A DNA stretch of 63,745 bases, counting the filler, from Hausera hauseri (taxonomy: Eukaryota): assembly GCA_046269625.1 (NCBI GenBank). It is 12 parts of 12 records of this genome, joined end to end, with 100 filler letters (N's around TTAATTAATTAA, not from the genome) between each part and the next. Parts side by side here need not be neighbours in the genome. Positions count along the whole stretch, not along the records: positions 9,895 to 14,326 come from JBJURY010584556.1; positions 14,427 to 23,133 come from JBJURY010563227.1; 10 more parts are not named here. One strand, given 5' to 3'. The stretch's first letter is position 1; each line of letters starts with the position of its first letter. Below, piece after piece: positions 10,875-23,233 of the stretch. A program made the position numbers and the translations under genes. The notes under the pieces were generated by a model. The model was given only the letters and a program-made list of their open reading frames with translations. It had not been told where the DNA came from and ran no database searches.

Positions 10875-13800
10875 TCAATACGGTTCGGAGGAAAACTTGG
10901 TTTCAACATGAGATGGGAATTCGGAATACTTGTAAGGCTTTTCTTCAATAGTTATAGATGACACTCTATACGTATCTCCTAAAGTAGTGTTAAGCATGAA
11001 GCTTGACGGGGTCGGTGCGTTATTTGCTATTCTGATCGGTACACGACCGGAGTGTACTCTTGTCAGTATGTTACTGAGTATTATATTCGGGTTTAATGTC
11101 TCCTTTGGTTCGAAATACACCGGTTGATCGTAATCTTGTTGAATTTGCGCGTAAATTATTATCTCTGTTCTCTGTGGAATATTTTCATCTACTGGTATCC
11201 ACACTTCTCTAAATCTTCTATCTTTAGCGTTTTTTACGCCTTTATTTGGTCTCACTTCTATTAATCTTCCTGTCTGCACGTCAATTGCTATATTTAGCAG
11301 TCTTTTCAGTAGATCACACCTTAAAACTACGTCGTCAGTTAATTGTTCCATAACGGAAAATTCGTGACGAAAAAACTGTCCAACTATTTGAACTTCTTGG
11401 TTCCATTTGAACATCAGTTTCGACATTTGTCCAAAAGCTCCTGTACTTTCCGGATCCTTTGTAGATGGTGGATATAATTGTCCTCTTAGCGTTTGAGGTA
11501 TCGAATCATTTTTAATGTAAGACATCTCAGAACCTGTATCGATGAATGCATAAACTTCCCAGTCTCCAATAATGATTTTGGTGAATGGTCTTCCTTCTAT
11601 TACTGTTCCGAAGCAATTGGATGCAGCTTTAGGGCGCTTAATCGCCCATATTTTATGTCCGTTGATTCGGAATTCTGGGATGGATACTATATTTTCCGAT
11701 AACAGCCTTATTTCTCCATTTGGATGTAATTTATTATTTTCGATGTTCAATTCTTCCGTTTCATGAGTACTGATTAATGGTTCTCGATTGTTAGTATGGG
11801 GTTCTATATTCCGAAAGGTTTGTAACCCTTTATTTTCCCGTACAGGCGGCCTAGTCAATATATTCCGAGGTTCTCTTGGGGAATACAATATTCTGGGGTC
11901 GTCCACGTGCTGTCGATAACACATTTTCCGTAGGACTCCATAGCGTTTCGTTCCTTCGTAGGAATCTTCTAAACTAGTTGTCCTTTTATAGATCTCTGTC
12001 TGGTATGAGCTCATTGATCGTTTATCGCAGTCTTCATAGACTGGAGCAGTAGGGGGTAGCATAGGTAATGGTGCTTTAATGATGGAATACGTCTCATGTC
12101 TGTCTTTTCTAGAAAGTACTTCTCCCTTTGGCTCGTCATCGTATGAATTATTTCTTCGCGTATTAGGTTTTGCGGATTTCCGCTTGTAAAAGAACATAGT
12201 TCGTTTACGATTATAATAACCGACATGTCGTTCTACGTCCGACATCCATTTATTCTCTTTGTATCCTTTCAAGAACTTTCCGAAAGGCGTTATGATCGCA
12301 GTCAGTATTTTACATGAAAATCCGGTTAATCTAAGTATTTCACACCCATTTATTACTGCATGGATTACGGCCTTAATCATTTGTATTAGGAAATATATCG
12401 CGAAGAATCCAGAAGCAGCTTGCCCAAAAATTAAAAATCTTCCCCAAATTTTGTAGAGTATTTCTGTGATTACTCGTTGATAATGGTTTACACCATGCAG
12501 GGATTCCCATTTAGCTTGATATCGAATATCATCTACTACGGAGGCCATGGCTCGATTTAATTCGTGTGTCCGCTGTCGCGGAAAAGCGAGAAATTGCCTG
12601 AAAGCTTCAACCTCCTTCGGTCTATATATGCCCTTTGACGAGGTATCTTGAAATTTATCGTCGGTAATCCCTTTTGCGAGATTTGTTCCTGTTAAATTAT
12701 TTGGAGCGCCAGTAATACCTCCATTAGGCAAACTAACCCAATCCGTTTCGCTACGCCTAAACATGGGTTCTCCTAAACTTGCTTTACAATCTTTAAGGAC
12801 CGTTGTTTCAGTTGCATTGTTTCATAATACCGTAGTAAGCGTTGTGGCTAACCTTGGAGTATTTTGGTAAATAACGGGAAGTTTCTGTATGCAACGTTTT
12901 TCTTCTACATTGATCGGTACGTCACTTTTCTCTCATTCATACGTCAATAAGACTTCACTGGTAACTCGACCGAAAATTCCTTTTCTCAGGAATTATTGGA
13001 GAGGCTAACTCGAGGTTAGCATAGATAAGAGCCAGTTTCGTCCTCATGATTTCCATATCCAATTTACAATCATTCGTTATCACTTTGTGATATAATTTGG
13101 TTATTCCTACTTGATCTGTGTAAGAAAAATAATCGTCTCGGTTTTTCAGGTAATCTTCAATCCGAATGTCCTGCGTTTCTATCTTATAAGTTTTCACATT
13201 TATTTCAATTGCCGCAACGAAAAGTGCTTCATAATTAGTAGCAAACGTCACCACTTCGCAACGAGAGATCATTTCTTTCTTAATAAACTTTTGTCCGTGT
13301 TGGTTGGAGATCAATATAGTAGGTGTAGGGTGTTCTGCTACATCCTCGTGTGCCCTTGAGTTACTATCGGATTTATCTACATACCGTTTTCCGGTGGTTT
13401 TGTAAAATTTCAGTTCCATGATTTTGGTAAAATTATAGCTTCTTCCAGAGGGCTGTTCCCATATTATAACCGAACTTCTGAAGGCACAGGTTCCGTCTTG
13501 TAAATGGCATTTTTGATTCTCAGTATATAATTTGGCGACGCTATGGAGCATTACCTTCTGTACCCGCATCTCCGATTCATAGAAATCTACGACCACTACA
13601 TTCGATTCTAATCCTTTTCCAGTGTCGTATTCTGCTCCATTACAATGTCCATTATGTATGTCTAGCCTTCAAACTACTACTTTATATGCTCTAGTTATCT
13701 TTCCTGGTTGCACCTCTAGTTCCATACTATCCCATTTTAATCTTCCGGTTTCTCTGGCCTGCTTACAATTCTGGCCTTTCAAATTCATCGGAATTATAGG

Positions 13801-13905
13801 AGTCGTTGGTTTGATGATTGAAGAATGTCCATGCATTAATCCACAGTGAAAAGTGAGGCAAAGTCGGCGGATCGAAATCCTGAATCTCACTTGGTTTCTT
13901 GTCGC
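10875..13905 (-). CDS. env: Chuvirus-like (class III) envelope glycoprotein fused in frame to Gypsy aspartic protease; N-terminal env part degraded
   Basis: RISIRRLCLTFHCGLMHGHSS, CHLQDGTCAFRSSVIIW, CIQKLPVIY, SKGIYRPKEVEAFRQFLAFPRQR, TM WGRFLIFGQAASGFFAIYFLIQMIKAVIHAVING; the same ORF (10875-12764) continues to protease YAFIDTGSEMSYI. Confidence 0.82.
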
Positions 13906-14326
13906 ACATAATTCAAATTAAAGTCTAGAGTTTTTAAAAAGTATTTATTTTTTATCTAATATTTAAACAAATTAAAAATAAATAATAATTTTGCTTATTA
14001 TTTTGCTGCTCCATTACTTTCCCCTCTTCTTTATGATTCTTGCTCACACTTTTCAATCATTCCACTCTTCTAGGAATCATTCTACCCTCTTCCATGTTTT
14101 TCAGCTTCTACTGATGCTGCGAAATTTGTTGAATTATTTGATACGGTCCTTCGAACTGATAAGCATCTTTTCTTCTTTTCTAGGGATCTACTTTCACGAA
14201 CACTTTCTGTCCAATTTCAAAATTTCGTTTCCCTCTCTTCTCCCCCTCCAAATTTTCCATTCGGTTAGCTGCTTCTGTAGTATGTCGTGTAATACTTTGT
14301 GTCAGTTTGCCGTTATCGATCTCTCT
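13905..14326 (-). mobile_element. Nested second Gypsy: integrase C-terminus, PPT and short LTR-like repeat starting AGTAATGG
   Basis: FEIGQKVFVK..QFEGPYQIIQ (GPY/F module), purine tract AAGAAGAGGGGAA, then a repeat from 14018 shared with 42163-42239. Confidence 0.7.
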
Positions 14327-14519
14327 NNNNNNNNNNNNNNNNNNNNNNNNNNNNNNNNNNNNNNNNNNNNTTAATTAATTAANNNNNNNNNNNNNNNNNN
14401 NNNNNNNNNNNNNNNNNNNNNNNNNNTATCATGCTTTAGCAAAAAGTCAATATATAATACAAAATTATGAAATATATTCAGAACCACTTAATTTTTGTTC
14501 GAATAGAAAATTAATTTTT

Positions 14520-15155
14520 TATGCTATGACAACGACGTATGAAATTCTTATTTCAGACCTTTTCCTTTTTTCTAAATTTCTACGGACTGCTGCCATTATC
14601 GATGGCGCACGTCATTTCAAAAATAAGCCAGGCAAAACTTTTGAAGGATTGAAAACGTCCGATTTAAGACTCCTAGTTCTACTCAAAGGCACACCACCTT
14701 ACAATAATGCACAAGAATTATCTAATCTGTCAAATTTGTTGGAACCCTCGAAGTTTTTCTCAAAATCAGATTTTTTAATGCCATGCGGAGATTTAAGAAA
14801 TGAAGAGCAAGTTGCCAGTCTGAAGTTACCGTTGAAACCCATGCTGTTGTCTCGTTCGGAAAATTTTGAGAAGCATTTGGCTCCAAAATAAGAAATCATT
14901 GTCGTAGTAGCACTAACCGATAAGCAGAAAACATATCACCGAGCAATACTCGAGAGAAACTTTTCATTTTTGCCCAAAGGAACTTCCGGTAACAATGTGC
15001 CAACTTTAACGAACATGACGCTAGAATTAAAAAAATGTAATAATCTTTTTCTTATGAAAGACGCCGAAGAAGCAATTCTGCATAATCTGAGAAAGAGTTC
15101 TGATAAGGGCAATATCACAAAATACTTGCAAAACAAAAATACTGATGAAGAAAAA
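14520..15155 (-). pseudogene. Possible degraded GPCR-like (TM5-loop-TM6) fragment
   Basis: Hydrophobic YCSVICFLLISATTTMISYF, long loop, then KRKRSEIRISYVVVIA; many stops. Confidence 0.25.
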
Positions 15156-15160
15156 TAGCA

Positions 15161-18100
15161 TGCGGGGAACTCGGTCACCCCGAATTTTGGGATTCGCCGC
15201 GGCGAGGCTGAAGTCTTGGCCGCCCACCCTATATCACTGGGTCGGATGGCACCGTTCGCTGACGCCCCACGACACGCCCCTGGCCATACGATTACTTCGT
15301 TTTTTTTCGTCTTTTTTTTTAAACAACCAACACATTTACACAACTTCATCAACATACGCAAACATCACAGATTTCTATAACGTCATATCCACTTTTTTCA
15401 CTCATCTGACTTTTATCTTACACACACAATGGCTCTACAGTACCTATCACCGGAACCTACAATCTTCTTCAACTTATGTCTACCTTCATATACATTTCCG
15501 CATCCGTGATGGCATGACTTCATCACTCACCATAGACACCACGGACAATCCCATCAAACCATCGATTTCAACCACTTACTTCCTCAAACAAAGTGCTTCA
15601 AACACTCCGTCACAGAAAACACTTTCCACTTATTCACCCTGCACAGAATACTTCCTCGACACACAAAATTCTACCCAAACATGGTTAAAACTGCATAAAT
15701 TCGGGCGCCAATCACAAAGCGTCGTCGACCCCTTATCCAAAGCCAACAACCTGTTTTTTCATTTACCTACTTCTATCAAAACCAAAATTACGAGCATCAT
15801 TGACATCCTTCACCACAACATATCCATATGTTCAACTTTACAATGCTGTTCTTAAGCTCACTGAACCGTCAATCGATTCTATCATTCAAAGGTTCTTTAA
15901 TGACAACGCAATGGGCCTTCAGAAACCTTTTGAGTTCTTGCACACATCCTTATTCCATCTCAATACCCTTGGAGTAACATCTGAGCATAGTCCAGGACTT
16001 CTTCGTCGCTACGTTTTAAACGCATTGTCCCTTCAATTAAGAGCTTTGCTCACTATGGTCGAAGACTCCACGGCACTGGAAAAGTTAGCCGACCTGGCGA
16101 ATAAAGCCTATGAAGTGCTGCACTCATACACAGCACCAACTGTCTCTGCGGCATTAACAACAAACCACCAACAACAAAATGTAATGCTGCAGCAACAAAT
16201 TTCGCAATTAGGCACAGACAACGAAATGTTGCAAAAACAATTAGTAATATAAATGAGAAATTAAATGAATTAACGCAGCCTCGACGAGGTTTTTCTAGGG
16301 CTGCTTCCCCTGATGTATTTCGTTAAGCACAAAGACTGTCGCCTTCGACCGCGAGGTCGTCTATCTGCTATTATCATAGCAAATTTGGTAACAAAGCTCA
16401 GAAATGTTGCATTGGTTGCAAATTTTACACACCCGATTTTAATACAGGTAATACCATTTGCATCTAACACGCAAAATTTGGAACAAAAGCACAAAATGCC
16501 AACCCAGCTATAACTACAAAACGCACAATAAAATCAACACTATTAAACTCACACAAAATAGTAGGCCAAACTTAACAGCTACAAAAACTGATTTCGTCGC
16601 TAGGACACACAACAAGTTCTAGCAAAGGCTACAATCTACAAAAAGCCGGCCGACACATTTCTTTTGCTGTAATCGCGTTGGAAGCGGCAGTCTTCACTCC
16701 AACAAAGCAAAACATTAATTTTCTCATAGATACCGGCGCAGCAATCTCATAACTACCACCAACACAGTACATCCAAAATATTTTTGCTTCAAAAACCAAC
16801 TGTTCACTGCATCCGATGAACCTTTACAAACTTTTGGAATTACTAAATTAACTTTTACCCTACCAAATTTCCCAAACATATTGGCCCGGAAATTCACAGT
16901 AACCAATGTAGGCACACCCATAGTGGACTCAGACTTTTTGTCCCACTATAATTTACTTGTAGACTGCAAACGATATTCCTTAAAGAGCGGGAATAACATT
17001 AATCAATTTAGCAGAATTTCGGTGACCACCCGGGCGACCGTTGCCAGGAAGTCAATACTAAAGAAAACGACTTCCGATTTGAATTATTTTTATACTCATT
17101 CATTATACAGAAATTTTTATTACGGTAACAAATACGATATTGCCAACTGCATGGCACCCATTACTGATAGTACAAATGCTAACACTATCTTCAACACGAA
17201 CATCCTGCACCTAATAGCACCCTGTCACAACACCTCGTCTACAGATCATACCTCAACTGCATCCAGCAATTTTATTACAGCAATATATTTCATCTTCCAG
17301 CACGCGTCTGTTGCAAAAGGACAAATTATTCGTACCACCTAAATCCACCTTCCATCACATAGTAACAGAACATCAAAGACCAATACGTCAAAAGGTCCGC
17401 CCGCTATCGCCTCGCCGCAGACAGGCAGTGGAGGCTGAGTTTCTCGAACTGGAAAAATCAGGAATAATCAGAAGATCCAAATCTCCTTGTCTTCACCACT
17501 ATATGTGGTTCCAAAAAAGATGGTACCTTTCGCTTATGCGGTGGTTACCCCCAACTCAACACTATAACAATAATGGATGCCTACCCTCTGCCATTAATTA
17601 ACGACATCCTTCACAGGCTCCATCGTTTCACCATTTTTTCTTGCATTGATTTGCACAAGGAATACCGCCAAATTCCGGTGGCCCCAGCAGACATTCCGAA
17701 AAAGGCTGTCGTTACACCTTTCGGCCTTTTCGAATACCTTTTCTTGCCTTTTAGACTCCGTAGCGCTTCCCAGACCTTCCAACGGCATATTGATACAGTC
17801 CTCTTAGGTTTAAACTTTGCTATATAGATAATATCCTAATTGTATCATCTTCTTCAAAACAACACACCGAACACTTACGTTCAATCTTTCAGCCTTTGCA
17901 ACAAAACAATATGCAAATTAATTTCTCCAAATGCTCCTTTTTTCGACATAAGGTCAACTTCCTAGGACATGTTATTAGCTCATCCGGACATCCACCTCAG
18001 CCAGAGCGCATCACAAAGCTCAAAAACATACAACTACCACGTACATAAACATAGATGCGTTCCTTCCTCGGAACCTTGCATTTTATTCACAAGTATATTC

Positions 18101-20785
18101 CACACTGCTCAACTCTAGGCGCTCCATTTGCGTCACTAAGCTCTGACGAGGAAAAACAGCCTATTCGATGGACAACCAAACTAGTCAATGCTTTCAATCA
18201 CCTCAAAGACAATCTAAAAACCGTGGAAATCCTGGCCTATCCCGACTCGCATGCAGAACTCTTCTTAACCACGGATGTATCTACAACAGCTGCAGGTGCT
18301 GTCCTCCATCAAGTTAAAAATGGATCCCATGAGCCATTAGAATTCTTTTCTCAAAACTTCACGGCACAAGAGCAAAAATATTCTACCTTTGATAGAGAGC
18401 TGCTTTCAATGGTCCTTGTAGTAAAACACTTTAAACATCTGCTAACTGTACGAACTTTGACAATACAAACGGACCACAAGCCCTTGCTTCAAATTCTCAC
18501 CATGAAATCGCCTTCTCCACGTCAGGAGAGGCAAATATTGTATTTGTCCACATTCAATTTTGAAATTAAGCATTTAAACGGACTCGACAATTTGGTAGCT
18601 GACTTTTTGTCCCGATCGGTCAGCTTGATTAATTTTACGCCAATTTTCCCTCAATCCACACTTCAATAAAACCAGCCACCTCCTGACATCCTTAAATCTT
18701 TTAAATCGTGCAAAGCCATCACCGGTGTGGTTTCTGACACCTTCAAACCTAGTAATACTAATATCATCCTTTCCAAATCTCTTCAAAAAGAAGCATTTAA
18801 CAACATCCATTCCTTGCATCATCCCGGTGCGAATGCCACCTTTCGACTCTTACAACTCCAGTAGTATGGCCGTCGATGCGCTATGACGTACAGGCATGGG
18901 TTAGGCAGTGTGTGGCATGCCAAAAATACAAATTTACTAAGCATTTAAAGCCACAATTATATCATTTTCCTTGCACATCTCATTTTCAATCTGTTTGAAT
19001 TGACCTTCTAGGCCCAATACCCTTAGACAACGGTCATCAGTTTATCCTCACTATGATGGACCGTGCCTCGCAATGGTCAGAGGCTGTCTCGCTTTGGAAT
19101 ACCAACACAGAAACAATCGCAGACGTTTTCATCCGCACTTGGATCAGCAGGCTTGGATCACCTCGCCATATCATCTCGGACCAAGGCCCACAGTTTGAAT
19201 CCAACTTGCTCAAAGCTCTTGTCAATCGATTGGGAATTAATCACATTCACACGTAACCCTATCATCCTCAATCGAATGGCCTTTTTGAACGCTTCCACCG
19301 AACGATGAAAACGTCTCTTAAAATCCTTTCTCAGTCCGATCGCACTTGGACCACACTACTTGCGTACGTTCTGCTTGGCTGGCGGAACACACTATCTACT
19401 TCTACAGGCTGTTCACCAGCAGAAGAATTATTTGGTACTTCTATCAGACCATTATTCGAGCTGGCTGAGCTGGATAATATTCCTACAGACGAAACCATAC
19501 AAGCAGCCCAGACATACTTTGTTGCGATGAGCAAAGACTCGTTTTGTAGACTGTTACAAGGCAATAAACCCTACATACCCGATGATTTATATAATGCTAA
19601 GTTTGTGTGGCTAAAGAATCAGACACCGTGTGGTTTTCAACCTCAGTATGTTGGCCCTTACAAAGTAATTCGTTTACACTCCCACAACGTCATCATCTTC
19701 AAGGTCGACAAAAAGTGACAGTCCACATCAACAATGCTAAGCCGGCCTTCTCCATTGACGATACGTCCCCCATTGAGACCATTTCTCCACCAACATCTCT
19801 ACGCGACGTGCAGCAATCCAAAAATTCACTCGTATTTCTGTTCAATCCTTTAATCCACTTTCTCCTACTTTTCTCTCAATCCTTCTACTTCAATTTTTCC
19901 TGACAGTTCATCCCCTTTTTCCCCATCCGATTCTGCACTTTCAAGCCTCTTAACACCTCCTTCATCCACTGGTTACAACCTGCTTTCCTCACCTACGAGA
20001 CTTTCTCCGTTAATCACCACTTCTACTTCACCAATCTCTCCACCTACACCTTTCATCATTCCAACCTCTTGTATGTCACCTTCCAACTCCTGTGCTTCAC
20101 CTTCTTTATCTTCTTACTCTCTTCCGTCTTGCCCCTCTTTCTCTCCCTCTTTCTCCTTCCACATCTTTGACATCTCCGGCGCCCTCTTTCTTCCTTCTTC
20201 CTAACAAACCATCTTCTACTCCTCTCATTTTTACTTCGCAACTTCCGCCTCTCTTAAACTCTAGTCCTTCTTATCCTTTGTCTCATCCTTCTTTGACAAC
20301 TTTTACTTCTTTACTTCAAACTTCACCCAACACAATCCCAAAACCAACATCGGTTTTACAGCAGATTCATCTGCAAAGAAACAAACCACGTATACGAGCA
20401 AACAAAACCGTAATATTCAACAAATATTGCAGAGTAAAATACCAACAATTAACTGAATGCCTTGAAACAATCCACTTTTAAATATACCTTCACCCTTTAG
20501 CGCTGCTGTTTCTCCTTTTGTCGTGCTTTACAGTTCTTCAACTCGGCCACGGGGAAGGGTGATGTGGTGCTTATATGATTTTCCCCCTGGCCGGACGGGA
20601 TCGGGGGTTTATTGTTCCCCGGGCGGCGCGCAAGTCCGGGACCGAACGCCTCCCTTTTTCCCGGGTTTTGTTTTGCGGCCGTGGGGTGGTGAAAAGTGCT
20701 ATATGAAGAACAAGCAGGATCTCGGACTCTTTGACAGCAGTGGTTCCTCTGGCAAAACTTGTTCTAATCACGTGTAAAACCGACA
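15161..20785 (+). mobile_element. CsRN1/Kabuki-clade-like Ty3/Gypsy element, nearly full internal region, decayed; no matching 5' LTR seen
   Basis: gag MGLQKPFEFL..LEKLADLANK with CHCC knuckle CYYHSKFGNKAQKCCIGC (16366); protease FLIDTGAAIS (~16720); RT DAYPLPLINDIL..TPFGLFEY; RNase H YSTFDRELL, TDHKPL; integrase ISDQGPQFES, YVGPYKV; PPT GGGGAAGGGTGA then TGTGGTGC at 20563. Confidence 0.92.
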
Positions 20786-21066
20786 CTATTCATGTCTATT
20801 CTTTTGAGTTTTGCACGAGAAAGGGCAGGGCAACACACGTGGCAGTCGGTGTGCATGCATTGTGAGCGCTTGTTGTACATGTGCATATATAAATGTACTA
20901 TATTTTTTTCATTTTTTTTGTTGAAACTCAATTTTTGTTTTACTGTACGAATGGGTTTGAAATTTTGGTGGACAATAATTAATCTTTAGTGCCGAAATTC
21001 AAAATGGAGTTTTCTTTTTGTTATACTATTTGAAGATTCTTTTTATCTAACGTTAAGACGTTTAAT

Positions 21067-21845
21067 ATGTCTTCAATCACAGAATTGTTTGATCTGAATA
21101 GTTTGTTTGATGGGAATAACTTTTCTGAATGGGCAAATCAAGCTTTTGCTAATTCCGAATTTTCAAGTAATTTGGATAAATTTGTTTCCACCAACTATGG
21201 AGATAGTTTGAAAGAAATTCACAGTCAGGATTTTGAAGTAAACAAAATGAGATATGCGATGAAATTATTCTAAAGTATGATATTGACGAATCAATTATAC
21301 AGGATATTAGTAACAGTGGTTTCTATCAATTCCACATTGAGTTAAATGCGTTGGAAATGAATATTACAAAAATTAGACTCCATAGTTTGTCATATTTTGA
21401 CAAACATGACTCGATATTAAGTGGCTGCTGGTAAAAGTGTTTGACCTTTGACAAGAGCTATCCAGTCAGAACTCGAGTTGTCTCAATATATGCTGATGAT
21501 GGTAGCAACGTTGTTTACTTACCCGGTATCGTTGCTGAACCACCAAACAGTCGTAATAGTCATCGGTACTTGGTGTTCTTCGATGACGGTTACGTGCAGT
21601 ACTCTTTCCAAGACGAAGTCTATTTTGTGTTTCAGCAAAATCTTGACAATTTGGAAAGCATGAATGCCGAATCCCAGGAATTCGCCAAAGGATATCTGGA
21701 CAGTTATCTCAAACGACCAGTGGTGAGAATGAAAGTCGGCCAGATCATCAAAGTTGAATACAATTCCGAGTGGTGTCCGATGAAAGTTGAAATAGTCGAC
21801 GCCAGTCTTGTATACGTTTGCTTTGAATCGACGCATTGAGAATAC
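21067..21845 (+). pseudogene. SETDB1: SETDB1/eggless Tudor-domain fragment
   Basis: RTRVVSIY..LPGIVAEPPNSRNSHRYLVFFDDGYVQY..YLKRPVVRMKVGQIIKVEYNSEW..VEIVDASLV; truncated, with stops. Confidence 0.85.
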
Positions 21846-23233
21846 AATTTGGAACTACAGTTGTAAATTATAGTTATACTTGAAATTCTATTGGTAAAAT
21901 CCAATCATTCCAGGTAATATAAAATTAATACTAAAAACGTATTTTTATTAAAGTTTGCAGAAAGTAACCACTGCAGCTGCATCAACTGATTCATTTTTGG
22001 AGAAAATGCCATTTATTGTGGTCACCACATTAACACTTGGCTAACAGGAAAATGGCCAAAATTCATCAAACTTTACAGATGCAGAACTTAGATTTGGCGT
22101 GGTAGTAGATGAGGGCCATTCCCAACACAAGTTTTGAGAACTAACTGATCAAAGGGAAAAGGATCTGTTTTTAAATATTGACATCTTGAGTGTGTTAATT
22201 CTGCTTGATAGTAAAAAGATTCGATCAAATGCAATCTAAAAGGAATTTAATCATTAGGTGTACATTTAAAACTGAATACATTATGGTGTCAACTCACTTC
22301 AAGATGAGTGTCAAAACCAATAGACCATAAGAAAACAAAAAAATCCCTTTAGCCCATTTTACTGACATGCAAACTTGGTGCAGGTAGTAGCTGTGCATGA
22401 TCATGATGTACAAAGTACTCACAATGCTACATATTGTGCAATATTTTTGCTATTAAGGGTGCAGGGAGGTCTAAGAAAATTGTGGACTAGCGTGAAAATT
22501 TCAACAAGCACAGGTCCCTCCCCTTGGTCTCTGCTGTACAACAGCTCTCCCTCCACAGCTCCTCCCCCTGCCGTGAACGTGCAGGCTGAACAGCAGGGCC
22601 ACCGAGGACGACGGACACCAGCAACTTTGAGTATGAATGAGGGTACACGCTGTGCGGGGGGAAAGGGCTGGAGCAATGTGCTGGAAGATAGATTAGTGCT
22701 TTTGAGGGCCATAATTGATAAATGCCCCGCAGAAATATTGGTTGAGGGTGGCACCTTGCATCTCCCTCAGAAATAGCAGCTTGGCAATTAGAGGTAAACA
22801 AAAGCTGAAGCTGTGAAAAGTGACTCCCCTGCCTCCTGGCCCAGTCCCCACTCCCCTCCCTTCCATCGCTAAGCCAAACAACACAACATGTTGTTTGCAC
22901 CATTTTTTATCAGCCATCAGCATCAGTGGAATTAGATAAATTAAGTGAAGGAAATTTCCCGGCAATTACTCCCCCTCCCCTCCATTCTCTTAAAATATTA
23001 ACCCTTCTGCTGCATACATTAAATGAAAATTTTTTCATATATGTTCAAACAATTATTTCATGCCTTATAAAATAAACACTTCTTTTTATGTTTCTGCAGT
23101 CGATGCTGTGACAAGAAAAGCTGTGGAAACAGGNNNNNNNNNNNNNNNNNNNNNNNNNNNNNNNNNNNNNNNNNNNNTTAATTAATTAANNNNNNNNNNN
23201 NNNNNNNNNNNNNNNNNNNNNNNNNNNNNNNNN

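Noticed and set aside
14019-14326. Integrase-before-env/RT (Gmr1-like) order for the env element
   Set aside because: The integrase tail is followed by a PPT and a repeat also found at 42163, so it is better explained as a nested second element.
22375-22965. Overlapping ORFs in a GC-richer patch
   Set aside because: No recognisable motifs; likely non-coding or old repeat.
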